Shown here: piece by piece, positions 11,187 through 21,395 of the stretch
Numbering within the stretch: position 1 is the stretch's first letter
Layout of the letters: each line of letters begins with the position of its first letter
Program-made: the position numbers and the translations under genes
IMG/VR virus record: IMGVR_UViG_3300028569_001145
Span: 1 to 64,000 of that record
DNA from: a virus
DNA length: 64,000 bases
Direction: 5' to 3' (one strand)
The notes under the pieces: generated by a model
What the model saw: the letters and a program-made list of their open reading frames with translations, nothing else
Databases searched by the model: none
What the model was told of the DNA's origin: nothing

Positions 11187-11230
11187 TGAAACCGTTATTT
11201 GTAATAAGTTGTCCTATTGATACCTACTCT
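11186..11230 (+). pseudogene. Truncated duplicate 5' end (MKPLFVISCPIDTYS) of the glycosyltransferase at 11885
   Basis: Matches KPLFVMSAPVDTYS of the downstream gene; TAATG-coupled to the upstream gene. Confidence 0.85.
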
Positions 11231-11268
11231 ATAAGGATTTTAGTAGGGCAACTATTTATAAATAAAGT

Positions 11269-11892
11269 ATGGGATGTAAAACAGGTAACTACGTATCTTG
11301 TGCTTATTGCACAAAGGAGGTTTATAAATCTAAATGGGAACTACGCAAAGCCACCAGGTACTTCTGCAGCAGAGAATGTGCAAGCAGGGGCCATAGTTTA
11401 TTTTTAACAAAACATGAATACACAAAAATACTATGTCCAGAATGCGGTTCTGAATTTCAGCAACACTGGAAAGGAGCAAAAAAATACTGCTCTACAAAAT
11501 GTGCAGCACGGCACAGCCTTTCTGTTATTAATGCAAAAGAGCCAAAAAAGAGAGGAACTAAACCTGAAAAATTATTTGCAGAGAAGTTGGAGGAGTGGGG
11601 GATTGCTTTTATTTTTCAAAAAAGTTTACCGTGGAAAAAAGGCTGGAAGAAATGGTTTGATTTTTACATCCCGGAATGGAATATGCTCATTGAAGTAGAC
11701 GGTGAATATTGGCATGGCAAAGACATAAAGACTAAAGACTTAAATAAACAACAATGGAATACTCGAAAAAACGACAGGTTAAAAAGCTACCTTGCAAAAA
11801 AACAAAACTACAAACTGCTCCGGGTATGGAGCTTAGAAGTACAAAAACTAACATATGAACAATTAAAAACTTACAATGCAGAATATGAATAA
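11269..11892 (+). CDS. Putative homing endonuclease: Zn-ribbon repeats plus a Vsr/DUF559-like nuclease domain
   Basis: CxxC...FCSxxC repeats; FDFY...IEVDGEYWH...D...LRVW. Confidence 0.8.
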   Translation: MGCKTGNYVSCAYCTKEVYKSKWELRKATRYFCSRECASRGHSLFLTKHEYTKILCPECGSEFQQHWKGAKKYCSTKCAARHSLSVINAKEPKKRGTKPEKLFAEKLEEWGIAFIFQKSLPWKKGWKKWFDFYIPEWNMLIEVDGEYWHGKDIKTKDLNKQQWNTRKNDRLKSYLAKKQNYKLLRVWSLEVQKLTYEQLKTYNAEYE

Positions 11893-13201
11893 CAAACCCT
11901 TGTTTGTGATGAGCGCGCCTGTGGATACCTACTCAGGGTATGGTGCCCGTTCTAGAGATTTAGCCAAAGCAATCATCCAAACAGATAAGTATGATGTGAA
12001 AATCATACCTCAGAGATGGGGTAATACTCCTTGGAATTTTATTCAAGACCATCAGGAAAAATGGGGCTTTTTAAAAGACCATTTCCTACAACAGCAGTTA
12101 CCAAAACAGCCTGAAATTTGGGCTCAAGTAACTATCCCAAATGAATTTCAGCCAGTAGGTAAATTTAATATCGGCTTTACTGCCGGTATTGAATCTACAG
12201 TATGTGCTGCTGATTGGATTGATGGAATGAATAGAATGAATGTAAACTTTGTTTCTTCTGAACATTCTAAAAAGGTATTTCAAGAATCTTCATTTGAACA
12301 ACGTGATCAAAATACCCAACAGTTGATTCGTACTATTAAGCTTGAAAAACCAGTTGAAGTGTTATTTGAAGGAGCAGACCTGGATGTATACAAGGCATTA
12401 GAATCATCAACAGAATCAGTTAAAACCTTTGATAAACTTGCTAGCATTAAGGAAGACTTTGCTTACCTATTTGTTGGCCATTGGTTAAATGGGGATTTAG
12501 GGGAGGATAGAAAGAATGTTGGATTATTAATTAAAGCCTTCTACGAAACGTTTAAAAATAAGATGAAAAAACCTGCCCTAATACTAAAAGTATCTATGGG
12601 CGGTACCTCTTATTTAGATAGAGAAGAAATGTTGAAACGAATTGCCTTGATTAAAAAGACAGTTAATTCAACTAACCTACCTAACATTTATTTGTTACAT
12701 GGTGAATTCTCTGATGAGGAAATGAACTTACTCTATAATCACCCTAAAGTAAAAGCAATGGTTTCTTTAACTAAAGGTGAAGGATTTGGTAGACCATTAT
12801 TGGAATTTACTTTAAGTAAAAAACCAATCCTAACTACAGGATGGTCAGGCCATATGGATTTTCTAGATCCAGAATATACTACTCTGCTTTCAGGTCAATT
12901 AACTAATGTTCATCCAAGTGCTGCTAACGACTGGTTGTTAAAAGAAGCTCAATGGTTCTCTCCTGATCACGGCCAGGTGGGAAACTCACTAAAAGAACTA
13001 TTTGAAGAATATAAAAAATATATTCCCTTAGCACGTAAACAAGCTCATAAGTCTAAGACTGATTTTTCATTCGATAAGATGAAAGAATTACTAGAAGGGA
13101 GACTAGCAGCATTAGTACCTGAATTTCCTAAAGAGGTTAAACTTCAACTACCTACTCTAAAGAAAATCGAATTACCTAAATTAAAAAAAGTAAATGGATA
13201 A
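11885..13201 (+). CDS. GT4-like glycosyltransferase
   Basis: SGYG N-terminal loop, RKNV, GEGFGRPLLE, TGWSGH. Confidence 0.9.
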   Translation: MNNKPLFVMSAPVDTYSGYGARSRDLAKAIIQTDKYDVKIIPQRWGNTPWNFIQDHQEKWGFLKDHFLQQQLPKQPEIWAQVTIPNEFQPVGKFNIGFTAGIESTVCAADWIDGMNRMNVNFVSSEHSKKVFQESSFEQRDQNTQQLIRTIKLEKPVEVLFEGADLDVYKALESSTESVKTFDKLASIKEDFAYLFVGHWLNGDLGEDRKNVGLLIKAFYETFKNKMKKPALILKVSMGGTSYLDREEMLKRIALIKKTVNSTNLPNIYLLHGEFSDEEMNLLYNHPKVKAMVSLTKGEGFGRPLLEFTLSKKPILTTGWSGHMDFLDPEYTTLLSGQLTNVHPSAANDWLLKEAQWFSPDHGQVGNSLKELFEEYKKYIPLARKQAHKSKTDFSFDKMKELLEGRLAALVPEFPKEVKLQLPTLKKIELPKLKKVNG

Positions 13202-13634
13202 TCTAACTAAATGCAATAGATGCGGAGGGGATGCCTGCTACACCCAGCAGGTGACCCCCCAGCTTAAAACCTACTGGTGCTACGGTTGTGGTTTTATTTC
13301 TAACGATCTTATGAAAGAAGGCGAAGAGTATTTTGCACAACAGACCTCTAACTTACCAGATCTTTACTTAGATCTTCTTTATAAGGATTCTGAAGACCGT
13401 TATTGGATGCCTTCTACGGTTAATATTGAAGATAAAGGAATGATCTTTGCCCAAGGTGTTAACCCGCAAGACTGGCGATGGACAGCAGTTAAAGCAGTTG
13501 AACGATTTGAGGAAGATTTAAAAAAGAATCCAAAAAATAAAGCCAAGTACAAAATGGATATGGTCAATCAAAAACATTTCCATGAAAAAGATTACATGGA
13601 TGCTTTAGATCATATTGGCATCTTTAAAAAATAG
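13194..13634 (+). CDS. Zn-ribbon hypothetical protein
   Basis: CNRC...C...CYGC. Confidence 0.7.
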   Translation: MDNLTKCNRCGGDACYTQQVTPQLKTYWCYGCGFISNDLMKEGEEYFAQQTSNLPDLYLDLLYKDSEDRYWMPSTVNIEDKGMIFAQGVNPQDWRWTAVKAVERFEEDLKKNPKNKAKYKMDMVNQKHFHEKDYMDALDHIGIFKK

Positions 13635-13650
13635 TTCGTATATTTACTTT

Positions 13651-14277
13651 ATGAAAATCAGTTATGCTGTTACTGTCTGTAATGAAGAGGTAGAACTTCA
13701 AAACTTATTATACCATCTCCTCAGGTTTAAAAAGCCTCAAGATGAAATAGTAATCTTATTTGATTCTAAGAATGGGAGTAAAGGAGTAGAAGAATACCTC
13801 CGATCACATTCAGTAACAGCAGATGCTGGCTTCACCTGGCACTCAGGTGAATTCGATGGTCATTTTGCTGACTGGAAGAATAAACTTAATACCTTATGCT
13901 CAGGTGATTTTATCTTCCAGATTGATGCTGATGAATACGTGATCGGTGAATGCATTGATTTAATGCATGAAATAATAAAAGCTAACCCCGAAGTTGATCT
14001 GTACTATGTTCCTAGAATTAATACCGTAAGCGGCATCACTCAGGAGCATATACAGAAATGGGGGTGGAGGGTTGACGATGGAAAGGTTAACTGGCCTGAT
14101 TATCAGACTAGACTTTATAGAAACTCTTCAGACATTAAATGGAAAAATAAAGTTCACGAAGTAATTGAAGGCTTTAAACAATACTCAGTATTACCAGCAG
14201 TGGATGAGCTGGCTTTAATCCACCACAAGACAATTGAAAGACAAGAAAAACAAAACGCTTACTACACTACATTATGA
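13651..14277 (+). CDS. GT2 glycosyltransferase
   Basis: ISYAVTVCNE, IDADE, WPDYQTRLY, VHE; ATG at 13651 follows a TTCGTATATTTA promoter. Confidence 0.85.
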   Translation: MKISYAVTVCNEEVELQNLLYHLLRFKKPQDEIVILFDSKNGSKGVEEYLRSHSVTADAGFTWHSGEFDGHFADWKNKLNTLCSGDFIFQIDADEYVIGECIDLMHEIIKANPEVDLYYVPRINTVSGITQEHIQKWGWRVDDGKVNWPDYQTRLYRNSSDIKWKNKVHEVIEGFKQYSVLPAVDELALIHHKTIERQEKQNAYYTTL

Positions 14278-14900
14278 TAGAAAATTATAAAATAACTCAG
14301 GACGGTGTCATTGAACAGATTCACAAAGAACTTTTTAACTACGACCAAGAATATTCAGATAGTAGGTACTCTGTCTTTTCAGACAGGGGTAATATACTTA
14401 ATTTGAGACTCGGTTACGTTATAGGATCGATTGGGAGAATTCCAACCTCTTTACTGGATGTTGGGTACGGCAATGGAGATTTCTTGGAAAGTTGCCGTAA
14501 TCTAATACCTACCCTGTACGGTAATGATATTCAACCAGCATACCCTTTGCAGGAAGGAATTACTTTTGTAGAGAATATAACAGATATAGAAGTGGATGTA
14601 GTTACTTTTTTTGATAGTTTAGAGCATTTCCACAACATAGAATGGGTTAAGGATTTAAAATGTAGTTATGTGGTTATTAGTTTACCATGGTGCACTAATG
14701 GAGAAGATGATGCATGGTTTACTGCTTGGAAGCATAGAAAGCCGAATGAACACCTGTATCATTTTAATGAACATAGCCTACAAGCATTCATGAAGAGACA
14801 AGGTTACGAATTACTAAACTACTGTAATATTGAAGATAAAGTTAAGATTGATGCAAACTTAACCCCTAACATACTTACGGCGTGTTTTAAGAAGATATGA
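14274..14900 (+). CDS. Class I SAM-dependent methyltransferase
   Basis: LDVGYGNGDF, FDSLEH, EHLYHF. Confidence 0.85.
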   Translation: MIENYKITQDGVIEQIHKELFNYDQEYSDSRYSVFSDRGNILNLRLGYVIGSIGRIPTSLLDVGYGNGDFLESCRNLIPTLYGNDIQPAYPLQEGITFVENITDIEVDVVTFFDSLEHFHNIEWVKDLKCSYVVISLPWCTNGEDDAWFTAWKHRKPNEHLYHFNEHSLQAFMKRQGYELLNYCNIEDKVKIDANLTPNILTACFKKI

Positions 14901-15850
14901 ATAAACTTAATTTATATTCTTTTCATAGGAATATTGCCGATTATAGGTTTGATAATCATAACACTAAGCAACTAATTAGCGAGTTATCAAAAAAATACAT
15001 AGTTAATCAATATGATTTAGACGGAGGAGATGGCTTTATTTTCAATGAAGTCAATATCAACCACGGATCTATTTTAATATTTGAAGATGATAATACCAAA
15101 CAATTTAAGGTATTTGATTTTGGTGATAATCCATACCTAGTTAATGACCTAAAAAACCACCCTAAGTTTGCTAAAGCAGCATTAGGTCAATATAATCCAC
15201 ATTTGTGGAAAGATGACACTAAGGTAGTTCCTGGCACTTACCCGGAGACTATCTGGGATTTTGGCAACCTAAATTACAAAGCTGTTACTGCTTACAGAGC
15301 AGCCAATACTTTAAATTCAAAATTATACTGGAGAGGAAGTTTATATAATAACCCAAACTTAGGGTATGGAACCTACCTAGGAGCTCGAAGAGCAGTAGAA
15401 CTGCTACCTAACCTACTTGGTAATAATTTTTTCTACGGCAACTATCCCATCGATTTTAACTCCTATATTCAAGAAGCTCTTAACTATAAAGTAGCTTTGT
15501 CAATAGGAGGCGGAGGGGGTGTTGTAGGAGCTAGGTGTGGAGATATATGTTTCCGAGATATTGAAATGTTCGGACTAGGTATACCACTACTAAGACCGCA
15601 GTATGTTATAGAGATGCAAGATAGATTGGTACCAGACACTCACTACATTTCAGTAGATGTAGATTTCGATGATTTATTCAAATACAGTGATCATGAACTA
15701 CTGGCAGAGAAAATAGCAGACAAGTACCAGAAGGTTATCAATAATACGGAGTTTTTAGAATACATTTCCAGTAACGCAAGAGACTGGTATTGTCGTAATG
15801 TAGCACCTCCTAGCATCACAAGTAGAATATTAAAAGCTTTAGATTTATAA
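14897..15850 (+). CDS. Glycosyltransferase-like protein (GT90-like C-terminus)
   Basis: LYWRGS, CFRDIEMFGLG, LVPDTHYI. Confidence 0.55.
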   Translation: MNKLNLYSFHRNIADYRFDNHNTKQLISELSKKYIVNQYDLDGGDGFIFNEVNINHGSILIFEDDNTKQFKVFDFGDNPYLVNDLKNHPKFAKAALGQYNPHLWKDDTKVVPGTYPETIWDFGNLNYKAVTAYRAANTLNSKLYWRGSLYNNPNLGYGTYLGARRAVELLPNLLGNNFFYGNYPIDFNSYIQEALNYKVALSIGGGGGVVGARCGDICFRDIEMFGLGIPLLRPQYVIEMQDRLVPDTHYISVDVDFDDLFKYSDHELLAEKIADKYQKVINNTEFLEYISSNARDWYCRNVAPPSITSRILKALDL

Positions 15851-15851
15851 A

Positions 15852-16649
15852 ATGAACAATTTACTTATAGGAGCAATAAGTGCTAACTACTCTGTTAAAG
15901 ATATTGAGAATTGGGTCAAGACATCCAACTTTGAAGATACTAAGAGAGCGCTCTACCTATACAACGGAGATGAAAACTCACCCTTAGTGTCGTACCTAGC
16001 TGAAAATAATGTTGATGTTTACCTTCCACAGGTTAACTTCTTTGGAGAATCGCAGGATGAGTTTTTAACAGATACTGGAAGAGTAACTCCGGAGAGTTCT
16101 TATAACTTAGTCCATAATGTTCGGTTTTTGCATATTGCTAATTTCCTGAGGGATTCTAACTACGGGAAAGTTTTTATAACAGACGTTAAAGATGTTATAT
16201 TTACTCAATCACCTTTCCCTAGAGTACCTAAAGAAGGAATTATAGCAACAGGAGAGGTTATTAAATATAAAGACCATGCATGGAACTTAGAACACCTCTA
16301 TACCAATTTAGGGTTCTTAGGATTAGATTTGGTACAGGAGGAAGTTTTGAACGTTGGAGTCTTTGGAGGAGGGAAAGAGGATGTTGAAGCTCTATGTAAA
16401 GACATCTATTTAATGTCCTGCGGTAAATTTAAAGTTGCCGATCAGACTTCTTTTAACTATCTTACGAGAAATTCTTACAAACATAAGACAGTCTTTACTA
16501 CCCTGGAAGATAAATTTGCAATTCACTTGCATGTTATTAAAGAAGGGGCAGTTAAGTTTGATCTGAACAATTTAAAAGATTACACAATTATTCACCAGTA
16601 CGATAGATTTGGAGATGAAATACTCAATTATTATACCCTACCGCAATAG
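15852..16649 (+). CDS. GT-A fold glycosyltransferase-like protein
   Basis: TDVKDVIF, NVGVFGG, DQTSFN, IIHQYDR. Confidence 0.7.
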   Translation: MNNLLIGAISANYSVKDIENWVKTSNFEDTKRALYLYNGDENSPLVSYLAENNVDVYLPQVNFFGESQDEFLTDTGRVTPESSYNLVHNVRFLHIANFLRDSNYGKVFITDVKDVIFTQSPFPRVPKEGIIATGEVIKYKDHAWNLEHLYTNLGFLGLDLVQEEVLNVGVFGGGKEDVEALCKDIYLMSCGKFKVADQTSFNYLTRNSYKHKTVFTTLEDKFAIHLHVIKEGAVKFDLNNLKDYTIIHQYDRFGDEILNYYTLPQ

Positions 16650-17343
16650 AGAGGAGCATTTGGAAGTTTTACTTCCAAGATTGCAAGATAAGTTCGCCGA
16701 CAAGGATTATGAAATTATAATCTCAGAACAAGGTAACGAAGATAACTTTCAGATTGCTATTGTAAATAATATAGGCTTTAAAGAAGCAACAGGGGATGTT
16801 ATTATCTTACATCAGGTAGATTATTATCCTGCTGATGATCTAGATTATACTTTCACCGGAACAGCTACCTTAATGGGGGCAAAAGCATTCTTCTTGGATA
16901 AAGATAATGCAAGCCTTAGACCTGAACATGATATCCCAGGAGGTTATAGAAGCTTCTCTCAAGCAATCGATCCTAACTTCTACGGAGGAGTTGTGATGAT
17001 GTCAAGACAGCAATTCAAGACTATTAACGGCTTGAATCCCTTATATAGAGGATGGGGCAACGAAGATGAGGACCTTAGAGAAAGACTAAGATGGGCTGGC
17101 ATTCCTGTAATAAGACAATCAGAAGGTACTTATTTTTGTCTGTACCATAATGATAATGGAGCAATTCATCTAAAACCAGAGCAGCATCAAAAAGATTTTT
17201 ATGAAGGTAAAATGTTATACCAAAGAGCTTATGAGTACAGACATGTTGGGTATGATAATATTGAATATACTTTAGAGGAGATACCAACAGAGTTACCAAA
17301 TGTAAAATGGGTTAAATCAGACAATTATAAAATAAATTTATGA
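16615..17343 (+). CDS. GT7/GT2 galactosyltransferase-like protein
   Basis: IIIPYRNREEHL, YGGV, INGLNPLYRGWGNEDEDL. Confidence 0.85.
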   Translation: MKYSIIIPYRNREEHLEVLLPRLQDKFADKDYEIIISEQGNEDNFQIAIVNNIGFKEATGDVIILHQVDYYPADDLDYTFTGTATLMGAKAFFLDKDNASLRPEHDIPGGYRSFSQAIDPNFYGGVVMMSRQQFKTINGLNPLYRGWGNEDEDLRERLRWAGIPVIRQSEGTYFCLYHNDNGAIHLKPEQHQKDFYEGKMLYQRAYEYRHVGYDNIEYTLEEIPTELPNVKWVKSDNYKINL

Positions 17344-17717
17344 AAGTAGAAATATCAGACGGCGAATTACTAGACAAAATCAGTATCCTACAAATTAAGT
17401 TAGAGCGCATCTCAGATGAAAGTAAGTTAATTAACATACAAACTGAGTATACCGCATTAACTGAGGTAGGAGCTAAGCTGTTACAAGACGGGCAAGTTTT
17501 TAATTTATATAAAAAGGTTAAAGAAGTGAATGAAGTACTTTGGAATTTAGAAGACGGTATCCGGATGAAGGAAAAAACTAAAGCTTTCGATCAGGAGTTT
17601 ATTCACCTAGCAAGAGAAATTTATAAAACAAACGACAGGAGAGCAGAGGTGAAAAAAGAAATTAACTTATTAACTGGTTCCATATTTGTAGAAGAAAAAT
17701 CCTATGAACAGTACTAA
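17340..17717 (+). CDS. Conserved small protein (DUF6165-like)
   Basis: GELLDKISILQIK...LWNLED...ND.RA..K.EIN...EEKSY pattern. Confidence 0.65.
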   Translation: MKVEISDGELLDKISILQIKLERISDESKLINIQTEYTALTEVGAKLLQDGQVFNLYKKVKEVNEVLWNLEDGIRMKEKTKAFDQEFIHLAREIYKTNDRRAEVKKEINLLTGSIFVEEKSYEQY

Positions 17718-18594
17718 TTGTCTGGTAGTAACTTTTGGCTTTTTTGGAGATATTATCTTTGCAACATCTTTAGCTGAAAAGCTAAAAAAGCAAGGATATT
17801 CTCAGGTGGACTACCTGATTGGCTTTCCGCAGGTAGCTCAGTTAGTTGAAAATAATCCTAATATAGATAAAGTACTAATATCACAGCACCCAGGTCCTAA
17901 ACCCTATTATTCTTTGGACTTAACACATTATACAAGAGTCATTGAACTAGGTCCTTTAGACTATAAAATTACCCCTTGTGCACAATATCAGCAACAGGCA
18001 GGGCTAGGTGATCTATCCTCACATTACAAAATATACACCACTCCGGAATACGATGCAGTCGCTGAACAAGTAATCGAAGAGCTTAGAGCAACTTACAATA
18101 AGCCGGTTCTTGCCCTTATGACTAATTGGCAACCAAAGACTTACCTTTTTACTCCTGAGCAGTACAAAGCAGGTATTGATGTTCCTAACTTAGGGTATGG
18201 TGGAGCACATAGAGATATACAATATATCGTAGATGAGTTACAGGAACATTTTACTCTATACCCGGTGGGTGTAGGTGAAGCAAATCAACAACAGACCCTG
18301 CACCTACCTGATGAAGATCAAAAATCACTTCTTTTTGAAGCTTCAATAATGAAGTATTGTGATGCTTTTGTCGGAACAGATGGAGGGTTAGCTACAATCG
18401 CTGCCGGGGTTGGAACTAAGACAGTTATTACAGGTGATTTTAATTTACAGCTTTATGGATGGAATGGAGTGTTAAAAAAGATTCAACATCCACGTCTAGG
18501 TCCTAGAGAGTATTTTGGCGATCCTCATATTGTTCTAGACCCGTACCTAACTGATCATGAAGTTACACAAGAATTAATAAAAACATTACTATGA
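17704..18594 (+). CDS. GT9 (heptosyltransferase-like) glycosyltransferase
   Basis: FGDII, NPNIDKV, FVGTDGGLATIAAGVG. Confidence 0.75.
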   Translation: MNSTNCLVVTFGFFGDIIFATSLAEKLKKQGYSQVDYLIGFPQVAQLVENNPNIDKVLISQHPGPKPYYSLDLTHYTRVIELGPLDYKITPCAQYQQQAGLGDLSSHYKIYTTPEYDAVAEQVIEELRATYNKPVLALMTNWQPKTYLFTPEQYKAGIDVPNLGYGGAHRDIQYIVDELQEHFTLYPVGVGEANQQQTLHLPDEDQKSLLFEASIMKYCDAFVGTDGGLATIAAGVGTKTVITGDFNLQLYGWNGVLKKIQHPRLGPREYFGDPHIVLDPYLTDHEVTQELIKTLL

Positions 18595-19253
18595 GACATA
18601 CAACTTTTTTAGACACTAAACTATACCTACATCCAGAGGGTGATGTAGTCTGCGACAATATTGCCAGGGGAACACCGGCAGAAGAACATCTAGTACACTA
18701 CTTTAAGAAGTTTATTAAACCTACAGATATTATTGTGGAAGGTGGGGCATATGTAGGGTTACATACCGTTAGGTTTTCACAACTTGCTTATGAAGGGCAT
18801 GTATACTCTTTTGAAGCAAGTAAAAGAAACTATGATTTAACTTCTAAAACATTGAACGATAATAATATTACAAACGTCTCTCTATACAATAAAGCACTTT
18901 ACTCAACAGTAGGGAACATTTATCTAGCAGAAAGCTGGACTCCGGATCAAGATTCAGTCACAAATACACCAACCGGTAAGGAGGTTGAATGTGTATCTAT
19001 TGATAGTTTAAATTTAGCAAAAGTAGACTTTATAAAGTTAGATATTGAAGGAGGTGAATTAGAAGCTTTGAAGGGAGCAATCAATACTATTAAAGCTCAT
19101 CAGCCTATTATAACTTTTGAATATCTAAAACACTTAAACCACCCAAGTCCTATAGGTATTTTAACAGAGTGTAATTATAGTGTTTACCAAATAGAAAACC
19201 ATTGGGACTATGTTGCAATCCCAGCGAATAGTGTTTATGAAACTACCCTATGA
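18591..19253 (+). CDS. FkbM-family methyltransferase
   Basis: EGGAYVG, YSFEA, FIKLDIEGGE. Confidence 0.9.
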   Translation: MRHTTFLDTKLYLHPEGDVVCDNIARGTPAEEHLVHYFKKFIKPTDIIVEGGAYVGLHTVRFSQLAYEGHVYSFEASKRNYDLTSKTLNDNNITNVSLYNKALYSTVGNIYLAESWTPDQDSVTNTPTGKEVECVSIDSLNLAKVDFIKLDIEGGELEALKGAINTIKAHQPIITFEYLKHLNHPSPIGILTECNYSVYQIENHWDYVAIPANSVYETTL

Positions 19254-19275
19254 TTCAAGAAACAGTGTAAATAAA

Positions 19276-20034
19276 ATGAAAAAAATAGCTATATGTTTTT
19301 CCGGACACTTGAGAAATTTTATCAGTGTAGAATTATCTGAATTTACAGAACATGTTAGAAATTTAACCGATAGTGGTTATGAGGTTGATTGCTTCTTTAG
19401 TATATGGGATACGTACAACACCCAAATGGCAAGGCGCGGCAACCCGGGCAACTGTGATAATATCGATTTAAACCACATTCAAGAGTCTTTCAAGATTTTA
19501 AATGTAAAAGCTTTAGAAGTCGAGAGTTATGAAGATGTAAAACATAACTTTTACTTAAAGAATTTTCACCCAACTATTGAACCAGAGCTACCAGGTATTA
19601 TGAACCTGGATGGGGTATTGCATAGCACTCCTATGTTTTATAAGATATATAAATGCAATCTGTTAAAAAAGAACTATGAACTTGAGCATAACATTCAGTA
19701 TGACGTTGTAGTTAGATATCGTGCAAATATTAAACTTATAAACCTGTTAACAATGACACAAATTGAAAATAATACAATATACAACCAAGGCCCTAATAGT
19801 ACCCCCTATACTAGAGGTCTTGGCTATACGCATGAAAGTTTAATGACACACGATATGTTTTTTTACGGCATTTCCGCTACGATGGATATCATATGTGATG
19901 TGTACCCTAACCTAAGTAGAATCATATCAAATCATGGCTCAACAGGACCAGAGCGTATTTTTTACGATTGGTGTTTCTTAGAAAATAAACTAAAACACCA
20001 AACATCAATTAACCAGATAGACTATAGACAATAA
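19276..20034 (+). CDS. Glycan-modification / glycosyltransferase-like protein
   Basis: IAICFSGHLR, MFY, YDVVVRYR, D.FFYG; start uncertain (ORF open from 19210). Confidence 0.55.
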   Translation: MKKIAICFSGHLRNFISVELSEFTEHVRNLTDSGYEVDCFFSIWDTYNTQMARRGNPGNCDNIDLNHIQESFKILNVKALEVESYEDVKHNFYLKNFHPTIEPELPGIMNLDGVLHSTPMFYKIYKCNLLKKNYELEHNIQYDVVVRYRANIKLINLLTMTQIENNTIYNQGPNSTPYTRGLGYTHESLMTHDMFFYGISATMDIICDVYPNLSRIISNHGSTGPERIFYDWCFLENKLKHQTSINQIDYRQ

Positions 20035-20036
20035 GT

Positions 20037-21389
20037 ATGAAGCTGGTAATATTTGATCTTGATGGTGTACTGGTAGAGGCTAAGAAAATACACTACGAAG
20101 CTCTCAATAAAGCTTTAGGTGAGGAGTATGCTATTGACTGGCATGAACATCTTTTAACCTACGATGGGCTAAAAACAAATCAGAAACTAGATATGTTACA
20201 TACACGTAAGGGATTGCCTAAAGAATCTTTTAAGCCGGTATGGGACAGTAAGCAAAAGTATACTTTGGAAGCTTTAAAAAATCTTGAACCTAATAAACAA
20301 CTGCAAGAATGTCTTGACTTTTTATTAAAAGATGGGTACAAGCTAGCGGTATGTTCTAATAGCATCCGTAAGACAGTCCTTACAGTATTGTCTAAGTTTG
20401 ACATAATAGATAGGTTTGATTTAATTCTATCCAACGAGGATGTACAAAATGCTAAACCCCACCCGGAGGTATACTGGAAGGCTATGTCTCTTTTAGGATA
20501 CTTGCCGGAAGAATGTCTAGTGGTAGAGGATTCGCCGTGTGGATTACTAGCTGCAAGTAGGAGTAAAGCTAATGTAATGAGAGTTGGTTCTCCTAAAGAA
20601 GTAACGTATATTAACATCACAAACCAAATAAACAAACACAATATGAACAGTACACCTAAGTGGAAAGACAGTAAGTTAAATATCTTGATACCAATGGCAG
20701 GAGCCGGGTCGAGGTTTGAACAAGCCGGATACACTTTCCCTAAGCCGTTAATTGAAGTGAAAAATAAACCTATGATACAGGTTGTTGTTGAAAATCTAAA
20801 TCTTGACGCTAATTTTATTTACGTTGTTCAGAAACAACATAGGGAAAAGTATAACCTAGATACGTTATTAAATTTAATAACTCCAAACTGTACGATAGTA
20901 GAAACAGAAGGCTTAACTGAAGGTGCTGCGTGTACTGCATTATTAGCTAAGCAATATATTGATAATAGTAACCCGCTGTTCTTTGCCAATTCAGATCAGT
21001 TTGTTGAATGGGACTCAAATGAGTTTATGTATAAAATGCAGGAAACAAACGCAGATGGCGGCATAGTAACCTTTACTGCCACACACCCTAAGTGGTCTTT
21101 TGTTAAAGTGGATGAGCAAGAACTAGTAACCGAAGTAGCTGAGAAAGATCCTATATCTGATATTGCAACCGTTGGGTACTATTACTGGAAGCAAGGTTCA
21201 GATTTTGTTAAGTATAGTGAGAAAATGATTAGTAAAGACATCCGTATAAATAATGAGTTTTATGTCTGCCCGGTATTTAATCAAGCAATTCAAGATAGTA
21301 AGCAAATTAGAATCTTTCCTGTTAAACAAATGTGGGGTTTAGGTACACCTGAAGATTTGGATACTTTTTTAAAAAATAAACAAGATTAA
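20037..21389 (+). CDS. Fused HAD phosphatase and sugar nucleotidyltransferase-like domain
   Basis: FDLDGVL, KPHP, EDS in the N-terminal half; IPMAGAGSRF...PKPLI and LGTPEDL in the C-terminal half. Confidence 0.88.
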   Translation: MKLVIFDLDGVLVEAKKIHYEALNKALGEEYAIDWHEHLLTYDGLKTNQKLDMLHTRKGLPKESFKPVWDSKQKYTLEALKNLEPNKQLQECLDFLLKDGYKLAVCSNSIRKTVLTVLSKFDIIDRFDLILSNEDVQNAKPHPEVYWKAMSLLGYLPEECLVVEDSPCGLLAASRSKANVMRVGSPKEVTYINITNQINKHNMNSTPKWKDSKLNILIPMAGAGSRFEQAGYTFPKPLIEVKNKPMIQVVVENLNLDANFIYVVQKQHREKYNLDTLLNLITPNCTIVETEGLTEGAACTALLAKQYIDNSNPLFFANSDQFVEWDSNEFMYKMQETNADGGIVTFTATHPKWSFVKVDEQELVTEVAEKDPISDIATVGYYYWKQGSDFVKYSEKMISKDIRINNEFYVCPVFNQAIQDSKQIRIFPVKQMWGLGTPEDLDTFLKNKQD

Positions 21390-21395
21390 CTATTA

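Noticed and set aside
11186-11407. 73-aa ORF as a real gene
   Set aside because: Only the first 15 codons are meaningful (the duplicated stub); the rest is out-of-frame overlap with the nuclease gene.
11231-11935. Group I intron around the nuclease genes
   Set aside because: There is almost no non-coding sequence to hold a ribozyme core, and the downstream genes have their own complete starts. The same applies at 23165-23892.
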